Part shown: positions 40,801-55,800 of the stretch, piece by piece
How positions within the stretch are numbered: the first letter of the stretch is position 1
Layout: every line of letters starts with the position of its first letter
Assembly (NCBI GenBank): GCA_963924565.1
Contig: OZ004607.1
Span: 7,130,001 to 7,194,000, forward strand
Reading direction: 5' to 3'
Length of the DNA: 64,000 nucleotides
From: Ascidiella aspersa
Taxonomy: Eukaryota
Notes under the pieces: model-generated
Told to the model about the DNA's origin: nothing
Database searches by the model: none
The model's input: the letters and a program-made list of their open reading frames with translations, nothing else
Position numbers and translations under genes: made by a program

Positions 40801-43800
40801 CGCAAACAGCCACTTTTAAGCTTTAGGGATGGAAATGGCTCAACGGCGTCGAAATTTAGCTTTTAAAGCTCTTTTTGCGCTCAAGTTTTTTTACTGATCG
40901 GTTAAAATGCGCAAATTCAACCAAATTAGTAGGGGCTGACTTGAGAACATTTTTCACTGGTTATGGGTAAAAGGTACACGGCGAGAAACTTTTTTACTGC
41001 TCTACATAAAAACGTCAATTACCTTATCCTTCTCAATTTTTTTGTGACGGCCTTGAAAAAACAAATGGTTGAACTTGCAACGCACCAAACGATTTTACAA
41101 ATTTTCACTAATTTTTACACCAAAGGCATTTATTTAGTTTACTAATAAGTTGGAAGGCACATTATTATCTGAATGCATTACATTAACGTAATTCAGTTTG
41201 GAATATGAAACGAAATCAATACGCTACGTCCTATTAAAAAATGGCGCAGAGTTAGGAACCTCTTATCAAAAGAAAAATTAAAACTATTTTGGCCCAATGT
41301 TGGTAATAGGTATATAATACGTATATGTATAGTTTACACTCCGGGCTTATTATCGAGGAATAATGGGTATTCAAGCAAAATACGGCTAGACAGTTGTGAG
41401 TTAACCTATTGTTTTCGATCGTTTTTGTTGGCAAATTGCCGTCGCTTGTCAACTATCATTTTTGTTGGTTGCTAAATCGACGTTTAATACTAAAAAAATC
41501 GATATTTAATTACTTGCCGCCAGTTGACAATTATAAGAATAAATATATCACGCGAATATAGGCGTTGAAGAATGCGTTGGGTTCAACGGTCGTTTTTAAC
41601 GTTGCTGCAATAAAAAACCTTATGATACCTTTAGTCCATATATATAATATTTGAACTCCTATGTTCAGGAGAAGTGCTGTTTTAAAGGTGGTATCATTTT
41701 TGGTGGTTGTTCAATCGACATTAAGACCAAAAAAATCGATAGTTAATTCCTTGACGCCATTTGACATATACAAAAACAAATATTCCACGCGAATCTAGGC
41801 GTTAAAGAATTCTTAGGGGTTAAATTTAAACTGTCGTGTTTAACTTTGTTGCCATACAAAAAAACGTAACGATACCTTTAGTCCATATATATAATTTTTG
41901 AACTTCTATGTTCAGGAAAAGTGCTGTTTTAAAGGTGGTATCATTTCTGGTGGTTGTTCAATCGACATTAAGACCAAAAAAATCGATAGTTAATTTCTTG
42001 ACGCCACTTGACATATACAAAAACAAATATTCCACGCGAATCTGGGCGTTGAACTAAATCTAGTCCGTAAACAATTCTTTGGGTTTTACTATCGTTTTTA
42101 ACTTTGTTGCCACAAAAAATAAAAAAATAAAGGTACCTTTGGTCATATTTTATGCACTAGTTCTTTTGTTTTGATAGTGGTGTGTACCGGTTGCCTGGCA
42201 ACGCCGTATGTAGCAAAAAGCGTTTTGTATACTCACTGTGGTCAACAAAGAAAATCCTTCCGTCGGTGTGAATGCGTTCCTCCCAACCGCCCTAGAAACG
42301 TACAACAGGGAATGGGATTAATCTAATTATATGCGTCGCTGACGGCCAAGTTGATCAATGATTTATGCGCGATTACGTAAACCTCTTCATGTGGTCAAGG
42401 GTTGGTGCTTATTTAGTGACGATTTTCATAAAAAACGAGACTTTACGAAGTGGCGTTATTAATGAACAAGTAATTGCGCGCTACTGCGCAAAACCTGCTG
42501 AATACGAACAAATACTTTCAAAAATTTATGACAAAATTGATATTTTACAGGTGTGGAAAGAAACAACTCTGGGTGCAAAACCTGTGGTGTACCATTTACA
42601 ATTTTAGGTATACGCCTGTCCTTGAGATATCTGATTTATTTCCAGATAGGCATTATCAGTATCTTAAAGCAAACAAAAACAGGCAACAAAACACTCAAGT
42701 GGTAAAATGACATGAAAACATCAATAACACATATTTTAAAAAAAATGCTGATTAATGCTCACTTTAGGAGTGAAATAAAAAACAAATGTTTCGCATTTAG
42801 CAAAGTGATTTAATAGTTTTAGGGAACTTTGTTTTAGGGCACTGTGGTAAAATAAATAAAGTTTACAACGAAAAAACAAGAAAAACCTAAACTGATTTTG
42901 CGAAATCTATTTTTGTTGGGAAAGTGTTGCATCCAAAACGGGGGTGACAAATAATTAATTAATGTCTATATTTCCTGGAGTCTCTGATGATTTAACCTCA
43001 CGAACCATAGCTTAACATGGATACCAACTCGGAACAATTGTACCTTTTTAACACGTAGTGGTATGCACTCATTGACCTCTACATTGCCTTATTTTCCAGT
43101 TATTTTTATCTTTTTTACTTGTGCTATCGTTTTGATCTTCACTTGTATTTTTACACTGATGAAGGCACGAGGTATTGCCGAAACGTTTGTTAACAGCGAA
43201 ATGTCGATTTTTTTATTAAAACTACTAAAAAAACGTCTATTGTGTTCCAAAATACAGTGTGAGTTTCATAGTTTACCGGAAGAGATCCGAGGTCATTGGC
43301 GCTCTTGAGAGCCTCCCTCTGCATCGGAGGACGCTTGCTCCTCGGGTCATCCCACGTCGTGATCTTCCGCACGTGATCAATGAAGAAGATTCGACCTCCA
43401 GGAGCCGTCCTGCAAGAAGATAAAGAAAACTCGTGATTACTGTTTAAAGTGAATGGGAATTAATTAAAATTATGACAAGAATATACGAATTATTCAGAAG
43501 GACATTATATGACAAAACATGTAAATACCAGATATGGTTTTGCAAGTGATGAAAAGAAACAATTTTTTCTGGTCGTTTTTTTTTTATGTGTGGCAGTTAA
43601 AAACAAATCGATCCGCCAATTACTGTTTTTTTTTTTGTTTTTTTTAGCCCGAATAATACCCCTTTCAGTCAGTCTCAAGGACATCTTTGGAAAAAACTAT
43701 TTTGAACGATTTTTTCTACAGTCACCAAAATTTTAATTTTTTTTATTATTATTATTTCATTTATTATTTCATTTATTAAAAGAAAAGGGAAATTTTGACC

Positions 43801-46800
43801 ACGAGTTTCCGAACAAAACTAAGCCAGCTAATTTCCTGAAGAGATGATTACCTCATTATTAAAAAAGGTTTAAACAAAAGTAATAAAAATAGTTTAAGGG
43901 TAGAAAATCTTGCCTAATAAACTTACTTCATCTCCCAGCCGGTCGGAAGGTACTTCTTTGCATTTGCTGCAGTTGGCGAAGCGTTGTTTGATGGTGAACC
44001 GTGAAGGCTGCGTGTCTTCTAATAAAAAATTAAAAAAACCTTGTTAAAATTAAATAAAAAGACGCAAAAAAAATGTCTTTGCATGTCCCTGGCTAACAAT
44101 GTGGTGTTCCTTATTCCATTATGTGCGGGTCAGTAAGTGAATATTATTTATAACTTAGTGTCATCAAATTGTCCATACGCTGAATTCAAAATATCTATCC
44201 GCTGAAAATTGAGCTCCAAATTTTATTTCCATATTTTAAAAAAGATTAAGCGAAAACATTCGATTCTATTTTGAAAAGTATCAGATTCTGTTGAGAAACT
44301 TGTTAGCCCAAAAAAATCAGACAACGTTTTTTTTAATGTGCCGTGACCATTTTGAGGGAGCCAAAGGAGCGATTACGACAAAAAGGTTGAGAGCCATTTC
44401 CTGTTTACTTGATTGAAATTTTATTGTGAAGGTCGGCCGAATTTGTGCTGTCAAACCAAGCTATTATTTCGCTTCTAGTGCAAAACTCGGCAAACTAAAT
44501 TATGCAAATATCTTACTTTGAAATAAAAACTAAAAAAAGCAAAAATTATAAAAGCAGAAAACAAAAAGGGGTTTATCACAAACCTCTGCAGGCTTATGCC
44601 AGGTGGTTTTCTTGTGCACGTGGTCGACGTAATACTTTCGCCCAGTCTTTGAGTCCACCCTCTGTTCCCAACCACTGGGCAGACCATCTGAACTTGTGCT
44701 GGAGGCAGGCTTGGGGGCTTCTGCTGGTAAAAAACGAGCTTAACGGTTTGTTGGAAGGCTTTTTTACTATTCCCCTTGTGACATTTGTGGAATGCTTTAG
44801 GGGCAAAACGCCAATCTACTGTTGCCAATGGTGTCGTACAATAAAGTTCATAAAATAGATACGGTATTTTATTTACTCTTTTAAAAATGTGAAAAAGGGA
44901 TTGTTTAAGTATTACAATAACATAAAAAAGTACACATGTTATTTTGTCAACTATACGATGTTACCACTACTTGGATTATTTTATTTTTTTAATATTTTAA
45001 ACTAGTCCATTATGCAACTATGGTTAGTATTTTAGGTAAAAAAATCGTTATTTTAAACAGTCATAGCGATCACCGAAGCCGATTTTCAGAAAATCTGCCA
45101 AAAATAGAAAACTTGGCCTATCCTGGGCAGAGCTGTTCCGGGTTGCTTTAAAGCTTAACAAACGGTTTGTGTGATTGCGTCCAAAAGTGACGCATTCTAA
45201 ACCGCAATGAAACCACGCAAAGTCTTGCCACACAAGGTTGAAATCGATGATTCAAAAACTGATATGGCAACATTAAACCCGTACAAACAAAACGTACAGG
45301 CAAAGCAGTGGAAACACCGTCAATAACCATGCAAATTAAAAGACAAAAACATGACTGAGTTGACAATGTTGATGTTGATATGACATTCGCTGTTAAACAA
45401 CGTCAAAGCACGTTTAGACGTTAAAGCCACAGTCAAAAGAAATACAGTAAAGGAGAAAGAAAACATATAGTTAGTACAGAAATATGAAGGATATTTGGGT
45501 GAAGTCGACACCAAATCACAACGATGGGTTCTTTATATATTACTCACAGCCTTTGGTTATTTTATAACGAAAATTTCAAAACCACTACAATCAAACACAA
45601 GCGACCGTTTTCCACTCTTCGCTAAAATGTTGATAAGGATATGATTCGGCGCTACGTTCGAAGGCTGTGCGCGTTTTTTTCTCACTAACATGCACCGATT
45701 AAATATTTTCTAGTGCAACAAGCAGAAGGGTGAGCGCAAAAAGCACAGGTACGAACACTATACCGTTGTTTCTCCTTGTCCGTTTTAGGTCGTTGATAGC
45801 GGTTGCCGGCGAGAGGGCTGAAAGAAATGGGTTAAAATTCGCTTGAAACATAAAAGTGTCCGACGAGCCAAAATTGCAACATGGCTGATCAGTGTTGTGC
45901 GCTTTGCAGAGCGTGTATGTTTTTATAAATTATTCTGCAATTTGCTTCGGAGGCTTCATCAATTATTAACCGCCGACCTGTGGCAAGATTACTGTAGTAC
46001 GGCGGCGGCAATAAAACTTAAACGAAAGACGCAACGCCATGCCCGGTGCATGGGGAAAATTGCGCAACAGTAGAGCTAAATTGCGCAATAACCGAATGAC
46101 GTCACTACAGTCTAGCTGGCCTGTCGGCCAGAAAACTACCGAAAAAAAATCGCTATATTTTTCATTAAGAAAATAGCAACACTGGTGCGAATCTACGCAG
46201 AGCAACTATAGGAAAACAAAACCAAACGTCTAAGAAGAGAGGCGCCTATATGCGCTCGCCTACCATTGGGACAACTGGCCGAGCGTGGAACGTCAGGAAT
46301 GGGTGGATCTTCGGACAGAGAAGGCGATGATACGGATGACGGGGTTTCCTCCAAAACTTCCCACTGAAAAATATTGATCGATAAAATGCCGATAAAACGA
46401 ACAGCAGCGGTGTTTTAAAACTGCGTGCCATATGCATGTAGTAGTTATTAGCTACAGAGGTTATTTTTAGAAGGAAATAGGACTTTAAGAGTCGCATTGT
46501 TGTATCAAAACAACTAATTTACAAAGTAAAACTAAAATGCCGAAAAAACTAACAGCAGCGGTGTGTTTATAAACTGTGTGCCATATCCCTAGTGTAGTAG
46601 TTGCTGGCTACACAGGTTATTGCGAGTAGACAATAGGACTACAGAGTGGCGTTGTCGCACCAGAACATAGATAAAACTAATTTAAAAAAGTAAAACTAAA
46701 ATGTCGGATGTATTAGGCCCCGTTTTTTGTTTTTTTTATGTAAATCTGCTCAATGTTATACTTTTCAAGTTTGCACAGCGTAAGCGGGACAAGATACCCG

Positions 46801-49800
46801 CCTTGCTCTTTTGTAAAACAATTCAAAATGTAAAATCTTACGTAACCGAAGTGCGGGCACAATAATCTCGTTTCACAATAACATTTTTGAAATTATTTTG
46901 TCTACTATTGCGCCAAACTTACAAAAGTTAAAAACCTTTACGTCTCTACACCACAGCCATAGTAAAAATTTAATACAAAGCACTTAGTCGTAGGTAAATA
47001 AATATTTGGCCAATAAAACCCATAAAAAAGGGTTATTAAATGAAGTGCGTTGTCACGGCTAAAAACAAAAACAGGAAATCGCAAAACTTTCATAAATGAA
47101 GTTATTTATAAAATTAAAAATGTGTGATAGTCTGACAATAAAATACACGTGCACAAGACACATATTTTACTGTGCAAATGTCTAGTGACACTGTTGAAAG
47201 CATAAAGCAGCTAGCAAAGTATTTTGTTTAATAGATCAATGTTAAGACACAACACAAAATAAAGACCATTGCCATAAACTTGGTTGTATAAGAATTACAC
47301 AAAAGTTTCTAATGGTCTTTTTATGATACAAATTTAACAACTATTGTTTAACCAGTGTTACATGACTCATAGAAAAAAAATGAAGATGGTTGACGTCGTA
47401 TTGTTTTTTTTTTTTTCAGTTTAAAAAAAAAAATTAATACACCCAAAAAATAGATTTTTAGGTGTGATGGCATTGTTTGTTTTTTTCACCAAACTTTAGC
47501 AAACATTTTTTCACTTCAAGTGACTATATCTCATTATTCATTTTCAACATAAGTTAAGCCAGTCAACATCATTAACAAAAGCGCAAAAACTCACCGACTG
47601 GTCGTGTTGTGAGGACGAGGGAGGCGCCTCAGAAGACAAATCCTCGCTGATATGACGACGACTGCGGAACTGGCGCGCCGCCTCAGTGTTCCGGCTGCTG
47701 GTCGTTGGCGTCATCGGTGCCGGCGGAGCCACGTCGGTTTCGTCGGGGCCGGCCGAGTCTGTCGTGTCGGCCGTGTCCTCCATGCTGTCGCTCCGGGCCT
47801 GCGCTTGTGACGATGACGCCGGAGCCACCGTTATCGCGCTGGGCGAGAAAATGCATTTTTTAATTACATGTTGTTGGTTTATTGCACTTTTTGGTTAGAG
47901 AGATGCATTGGTTTTGAGTTTTGTAAGCTACCGTTATTCAGTTGAAAAAACAAAAAATAGGGTTTCTTGGTAGCAAACTATTCTTTTTACGAGAAAAAAT
48001 CCCTAATTTGTTACGCAAAAGTGCATTTTTTGTTTAAAAAAAGGTCGTTTTATACATTATATTTGACTTATTTGTGCTGTAATTGTTTGTATAAAAACTG
48101 AGGGCATTACGATTATGAACATGTAAAACAACGGGGAGGGTATGAAACGGAATTTATTGTTTTAAATAAACTGATTATTTTATTTTATTGAAGAAAACAA
48201 GGCAAAGCGGAAACTCAAAATAAAATGTTTTCATTCTAACTATTATTTCAAATTGATGATAAAAAAGAAAGTGAAAAACTAAAACGTTTAGTTAACATCA
48301 TCAGTTGGTTCTACAGTTTGAACCTGTGGTCGGCAAACTGTGGGCTGCGGCTTAAATGTGTGCCTTATGCCATTTTGAGTGGGCCGTAAGTTTTTTTATT
48401 ATTAACTATTTCAGTTTTTATTATTGTGGGCAGTGCATTTATTGAACTAGAGCAGTGGTTCTTAACCGGGGTGCCATCGCATTCTAGGATTCTTTTTTTT
48501 AACACTCAAGGATGTCAAAAGACATTTTAAATTCTTTAGGACTCCAACTTTTGGTCTTTTAGTAAGCTTTTTGATACATTTTTTCGTGTATGATGAAAGT
48601 GCCTAAAATTAAAAAAGTTTTTTTCAATGCGTAGGCCTTGTTGCGTAGGTAATGTGCAGTTTCAAACACGTTACAAATATCAACAGTAAGAGACGTAACG
48701 ACTTACCTTGTAGGCCGTTGCCATTGTGTGGTTCTGGTTCCATGGTGAACATAGAAAGTCCTTCCTAGGTGATCTTGCCTCTCTTCCCATCCCTCTGGAA
48801 GTGTGGAGGAGACCGTCTGCGACTCCGCGCGAGCCTCTTCATCCACCATCTCCCAGTCAGGCTGTGAACGAAAAAACAAATTTTGGCCAAATGTTTGTCG
48901 TTAAAAAAAAAGATTTTTTGCAGAGTTGTACAGCAATACAGCTGCAAACATGTGCACCCGAGTTTTTCCTATTGAAAATATTGAAACAATTTCATTAGTA
49001 TTAAGTTACCTATCATGTAATATGCTTAAATTAAAGAGCTCTTAAAACTTAAGTTGAAAATAAATAATGGTATGTCACAAACTACATTGGCTTTCAAAGA
49101 CTGTTATGGAAAGTCCTTTATTACCATTCATCGCATATCGTCCTAAAGTTTAAACAAGCAATTTAAACAAAAGCAGCATTACAAATTCTTAAGCTTTTGT
49201 CAACTAATGGTGAAAAACATTTTCTCAAATTAATTATCACAAACAAGTCAAATAATGCATTTAAAGATTTTACAGCCTGTTTGACTGATTTAAGCACTGA
49301 TCTGTTTAAACTGAAGTTTACTTCTATATTTCATTACACTAATTTATTGCAACTCCTTTAGGCTTTAACTATTTTATATAGTTTTTCGAGTTGGACTGTA
49401 ATGGTAGCACACCTTTTGCATGATTTGTTTCAAGTGGTGATTCATTATATTAAACAAATAATGTAATAACACAATAATAATCTTTACTAGGTTCAAATTA
49501 TGGTGGAAAGTGGTTAAATATATCCAAAAACCGTTTGTTTTTTTACAGCATCAAAGCCAGTAATTGTGTAAATTCATATTAGTGTAGCCATTAACAGAAC
49601 ACACATATCACATGTAAGACACAAGATTTCAATATAACTGTGTTTGCTCACAAACCTCTGCAGGCGAGTCATCCTGATTGTTGTCGTTAGCCGCTGTTGA
49701 AACGTCCAGGTACGACAACTTAAGCCGCAAGTGACCTTTGACACGCGATTTAGAACTGGAATAGAAACATTACGTCTTATAAAACAGACCAAACATCATT

Positions 49801-52800
49801 TACTCTGATAAATGCAGATGACAACCACTATTCACTGTACAGATAATATATCAAAAAATGTTTGTCTGCGAAATACTTTGTCTTATGTAACTTTAAAACA
49901 ATTTTTCTTTATTTTTTTAAACCAATATGAGGCTAGCACAAGCAAATTATTTACCTCCATCAAACACTATATTACTTTGTATGTTAGCTGAAATTTATAT
50001 ACGACAACTTAATTGCACACCCTAAATAACGAACCTTCTTGGCCGCAATGGAAATTCTCTGTGGCTTTCTGGTTCTGTATTCTAAGAAACAAAAATTAAA
50101 AATATTAGCAGTCTTTTCATTTTTGTTTATTATTTTTTTTAAGCGGAGAGATGAACATATAAACAGATTAAATTTTGCACACAACAAAAAAAGTAATGTT
50201 TTTTTTAAATTGTTAATATTATTCTCACTAACACATTTTATGAAAAAGGCTATAGAACAAGTTAACTCTTTAAAAACATATTTTATTGATTTCCCTTTAT
50301 AAAACAAATGCAATTAACAGTTTTGATATAAAAGTTTCTTTATTATCTTTATCAAGAATTATCGTGCTACATTCGGCTATCATTTTAATAATTTTGATAT
50401 GATCAAAAGTTTGATCAAAAAAATTATTCTTCAACAAACAAAAGCAAAGTGGTAGTATTGGTTGATTGCATAAAACACATTTATAAATCCAACTCCTGTT
50501 TAAATTGTTGTTCTTGTAAACTATTTGTGAATGCCAATAGCAACTTCATTAAATTTGTGCACAGCATTGTGTGGTGTCAACTGCCAACAGTTAACAAGGT
50601 TTACCAAATGCCAAAAAAGAGTACAGCTAGGTCAAAACTATTTTTCATCTCTGCACAATGATATTGAATAAAACTATTCACAATCTACTTGATATGCTGT
50701 GGCCAAAGAAAAAAAATTAACAGATTTTAACAAATAAAACTCAAGGGTATTTCACTCACAGCATCATAAGACATTTAGTGATAAGCTTTGAAAGACATCG
50801 GCTAATATTTTGTGTGGAATGCATAGAAAATATTTTAAAATCCATTTGCATTCATCAAAAATTGTCAACACAACAGTCTACAAATATTGTCTAGCTTGGA
50901 ATTTTAAACCTATCCCGAAATAGAAAGCCTACATAGTAAGCCGCAAACCAGCAAGGGAGGTTTAAGAGAATTTTTGTAATATAATACTTTAGGTACAAAG
51001 GCAAGACAATAACAATACGTATTAGATTAGTCATCGCTTTAAAGCCAAAACATAAATTCTCTGTTTAAGTCAGAATTGCAGGCAAGTGTTGTTTTATTTT
51101 CTTAGAAAGCCATTAGGTAGACCTGGGTTCTGAATTGTGGGCCTTGTTTCCTAGGGGACCAAAATGCAAACTTTCAGGGCCAAAAGGATATAAATTAGAT
51201 TTTTATTATATGATATACCGTTTGTTAAAAAAAAAATTTGTGTTTTTTAATATGGCTTAAGAAAGTCCGCTTGTGGCATTTTGATCTAAAACAGGAGCAG
51301 GGGTGCAGCAAATTGAGAGTTGATAATTATTGGTGTACAAAAGGTTGCTTCACATAGGCAAAAAAGTATCAGCCGATTGTGCTTTACTTTCCATCTAGAT
51401 TCTAGGCTATTGGAAAGTGAAATATTTTGTAAATGCGGCACACCAACAAAATTAAGTAGGCTTTTCATAAGGCGAATCACTAAATGTTTTTCTGCAAAAT
51501 GTAATAGGGTCTGATTTAGAACTTGCAAAAATTGAATTGGTAACATAAGCAAAGCAATAAACAGTGTACATCCTTAAGGACTCATTGTTAGTATAAACAG
51601 AAGGACCACAAAAAATCAGACAAGGAGCCGCTAAGATTGATAGATACAATTAGTTAATATGTTTTGAATCAATTTTTGAAATAATTTTTAGATTTTTTAA
51701 GTTTAACAAGTTTTATTGTTTGGGAATTTTATCTCTGTATAATACTCAATATGTTGATTGCTAAACAGCAAAAAAACTATAAAAGAAATGATTTCCATTC
51801 TTATTCGACTACTTCACTCACCGAAACATACACAGAGTTGATTGGGACGTCAACCTGGCCCAGAAAGTCATCTCTTGTCTGAAAGACAAACAGATTGATA
51901 GTTTGCATTTTATATACATAAAACAACTTAGTAACAATGATAGCGAACAAAGCAGGTGATATTAAAAATAGAGTAAGTTGGGATGTTGATTCAATATGAA
52001 AGCCAATGACTATCAATGTTGTATTGTTGTTTACAATGTTAAATCTGCAAAACCGAGACACACTAAATTATAGTTACTATCATGGATTTAAGAATTAATA
52101 ACATAGCTGTTTCAGTTGTTGCTTGACTATCTGACAAAAAGCAATATATGTTCATAGCCTGGGGTATAGGATTGTTGGCTGATATAAAACTGGATATGTA
52201 TAGTTCTACACTTTTGACACACTAAGTACAGTTTAAAGCAGAGGTGTCAACTCAAACATACTAACATGCCAATTTTTTCTTATCCATCCCATGTCAAATT
52301 TAGTAAGTTAGGTTTAACTAATTCTTTCTGAATTAGAAGCACTTTTTTCAAAAATATTTTTTTTTTTACACAAGAAAAACATTTGTTCATGCAAATCATT
52401 TATATAACTGACCAAAATGAAAAAAGCTGCTTTTTTGCAAACGTTTAATTTAAGATTGGAATATTGGGCTTAAGCATTACTAGACAAAAGATTTTAAAAT
52501 ACAATAAACACATAAAATACATGTCTTACTGCTTTCACATAAATGTCAATAAGGGTGAAACAATAGTGTTTTGATCAAGAATGATCAAGCTATAGAACAA
52601 CAAACACTTTAGTAATCTTAAGAGCAACATACCCTAATTCAGTGCTTCTTAACCTATGGGTCGCAACCCAAAATTGGGTCGCTGTTTGGTTTGGTTGGGT
52701 CGCCTACGCAGTAATTTACATGTTTTTACTAATTGAGATTGTTTCTGAGCAAGATTTCTCAATTAGGAAAATTAAGGAAGCAATACAAATAGTGTATAGT

Positions 52801-55800
52801 TATTAAAATTTGAAATTCTTTATGCTAATGCCTATTTTTGTTCGCTTAAAAAACAAAATAATTGGGTCGCCAAACCTTAGTCGTCATATTTACACTTAAT
52901 ATTTGGGTTGCCGCGAAAAAAGGTTGAGAAACAGTGCACTAATTGTTATAAAACCAAAAAAAAGCTACAAGACCAATTGATAAACTCAATATGTACTAAC
53001 AATTGGTGTATTTTGTGATCACAAACTATCGCAGCTAAGTAGTTTGTGTTGATTCAAGCTATGAAAAAAGATTGTTGTACACTATAAGTATACAGAAGCC
53101 ATTTTTGTGATCCAGTGTAACTCAACATAAAGTGCTTGTGTCACGGTTGATCTGACTAGCATTGCCTGTGACAACACAAGCAACAAACAATGTTCAAGTC
53201 CTACAATTTTACTGAAAACACATACTTCATGTTGTTAACTTTTTTGACATACATTGTGCAATGGGCCATGGACAGAATGCTTGTGCCTCAAAGACAGAAA
53301 CTTTTTTTAGTTTTTAATTTTTAGACATTTTTAAAAATGTAATTAAATGGTGATTATAATCAGATGTTCTTAATTTTTCAGGTAAAAAAGTAGGTTGTAC
53401 AAAATTACAATGATGAGTTGCAAAGCTCCAAAATAAAGTGAAGCTACGTTTATGTCTAAAAAGGATTCTAAAAACGCGATTCTAGAACAATATTAAAAAC
53501 ACATTACCAAAACTATCATGTAACGCGCGCAATATTTGGACAAAGGCCAAATCTAAACATGTGACCACTGACCAGCAATGGGGTCGGTACATTTGATGAA
53601 AATGTGACGTACGGTAACATTTCTCAGGAAAACATATTTCAAACTGCTGCGTTAATGTTTTAAACGCCTTTTAATTTTGTTTACATTGTTTATTGGTACG
53701 GTGAAGCATCAGCAGCGCTCGGTAATCAAGCAAACGTTCTATTTGTAAACGAATCGCTGCGCAATCACAAATCGGTTCCGATCGAAAAACGGCCTCGGCC
53801 AGTATTGAGAAAGGCACCTTTTTAAGTCGAGCCAAGTACAGATTACTTACCGCAAACATCAACAATGCATGCATGAAAGCGTAGCCCGAGCCAGCCTGCG
53901 ACGAGGGTAAAACTGGCCGAGCGAGGATTAACCTTTATTGCGAGGCAAACGTGTTTGTCCGATGCCTACCGCTTTTGAAGATGGTTAACAGCGTTTTAAT
54001 GGTGACTTTCTGATAATTTTAGTACGAGAAAACTAACAAATTTAACTTGCAAACATTCGACCCAAAGTTGGCTAGCACAGGGCTTTGGTTTGCTGTAAGG
54101 TCTTTTTACAGTACTTAAAATCTATGTGTTTAAACTAGTTGCGACTGACTTGCAGAACATTTAAAAAAAAAACAAGTTGTGAAACTAATTTATTGCGCGA
54201 GCCACTTAAGAGTGCTTTGCGGGCGTGATAAGTTTAACAGCATTTCTTTGTTGCAGGAACAGGCTACATATTTTGGTTATGTGGGCCGCATAATTTGCAT
54301 AATCTTTCAGACGTGCTTTAGAAAGTTAGATTTCAAATTTCGCAAGAGAAAAATGACGCAAAACCCTGGGGCCTTTAGGCAATCTTACCACGCGCTCACG
54401 CGACAAAATATAGTTTACTCCAAATCCAGAATTAACATAACAAAAACGGCCAAATTAATCGTGTCGTAATTTTAAAAAAGCTGACAAACGTCATAGCAGG
54501 GTTTAATGTATACTAAACATTTCCAATAATGGAAAAGACATATCAATAAAACAATCTTACATCAACATTTGGTGTTTTCAATTTTTATTGCAAAGTTTCA
54601 TACTTTGAAAAAAAATCTGCTGCGAGCCATACTAAATTGTCAAGCGTTCCATAGGTGGTTTCGCATCAGTGCTCACGGCGCACTTCATTACATCACGCGT
54701 CACGTGACCTGAGTAGTCATGTGACAACAGCGACAAACACGCACCAGAGTGAGAAAGAAGGAGCGTCAACGGGGAAAACGAAGTATTCTGGTCGATTACG
54801 GCAAACATTAATCCGGGGAAAATCCCTTCTAACTGTTGGCAGGTTGTTTCACAGTATTTTTCCAGGAAAGTTACCGTTGGGGCGCGAGTGCGGCGTACTG
54901 AAGGAAATGCAAATCGCGAGAAATCGTGGAATTTTTCTCGAAAAATTTATACGGTCTTTTAGGTCACGAGTCCCAGTTCCGAAAATCTGCATCAGTAAAC
55001 TACGTTATAGCAGCAACTATTTTGACACGCAAAACGTAATGTCGAGCAAGCAAATAGTCGGTTTGCTCATTTCGGCTACTGATAAAACCACTAAGCGTTT
55101 AACCTTGGATTAAGGGAAGAAAAAAAACACTTCTTAATGGTACCTCACGTACTTCCAAAAATAACGTTTTAAACCAGAAGCGACCAAATGCATCTGCGCG
55201 TTATTAACAGAACAAACCATGTTGAGCAATTACAATTAAGGTGGCAGTTTAATTGTGCCGATTGTGTTAAACAAGCTACATCTTCATGTTGCTCAGCAAA
55301 CCTAAAACTATTCCATAAATTGGAACATTCTATTAAAACGGTACGCTCATGCTTATAATTTGAACAATAATTTTCAAATGGCATAAACGCTTCTTTTTAA
55401 TCGTATAGGTCGGTCATGTTTAAATGGCGGATAGCGATCCGGTTCCGGATCTTTTCAACGTTTTGGGCGGATCTTCTAATGTAGTCTTGAAAAAATAAAA
55501 TACTTACTTTTTGATTATTTTAACTATACGTAAGTGCGAAAAATTTTCGCGCTTCGCGCCAATGATTTTTCTACGTCCAACTTGTTTACGTTTTGATGCT
55601 GTCAATTGAACTAGATCAGCGCTTTAACGGAAAACGTATTCAAAAATATTGGGCATATATTTTTTAACATTTTTTTTTCAGCAATGTAATAAAAACTTGC
55701 AAGAAATTCAAAAGAAATGCTGGTATACCTAAAAAAAAAAAATCATAAAAAAAAGAAGTCATTTTGTCTTGCGTTGCACTTCAACACTTCATAGTTAAAA

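Noticed and set aside
45100-45146. Extra NEDD4 exon (ATRNSSAQD)
   Set aside because: No canonical donor, and it is not needed to keep the frame between flanking exons.
54655-55113. 152-aa plus-strand ORF
   Set aside because: Non-ATG start, no recognisable motif, and it lies antisense in a GC-richer intronic island where chance ORFs are longer.
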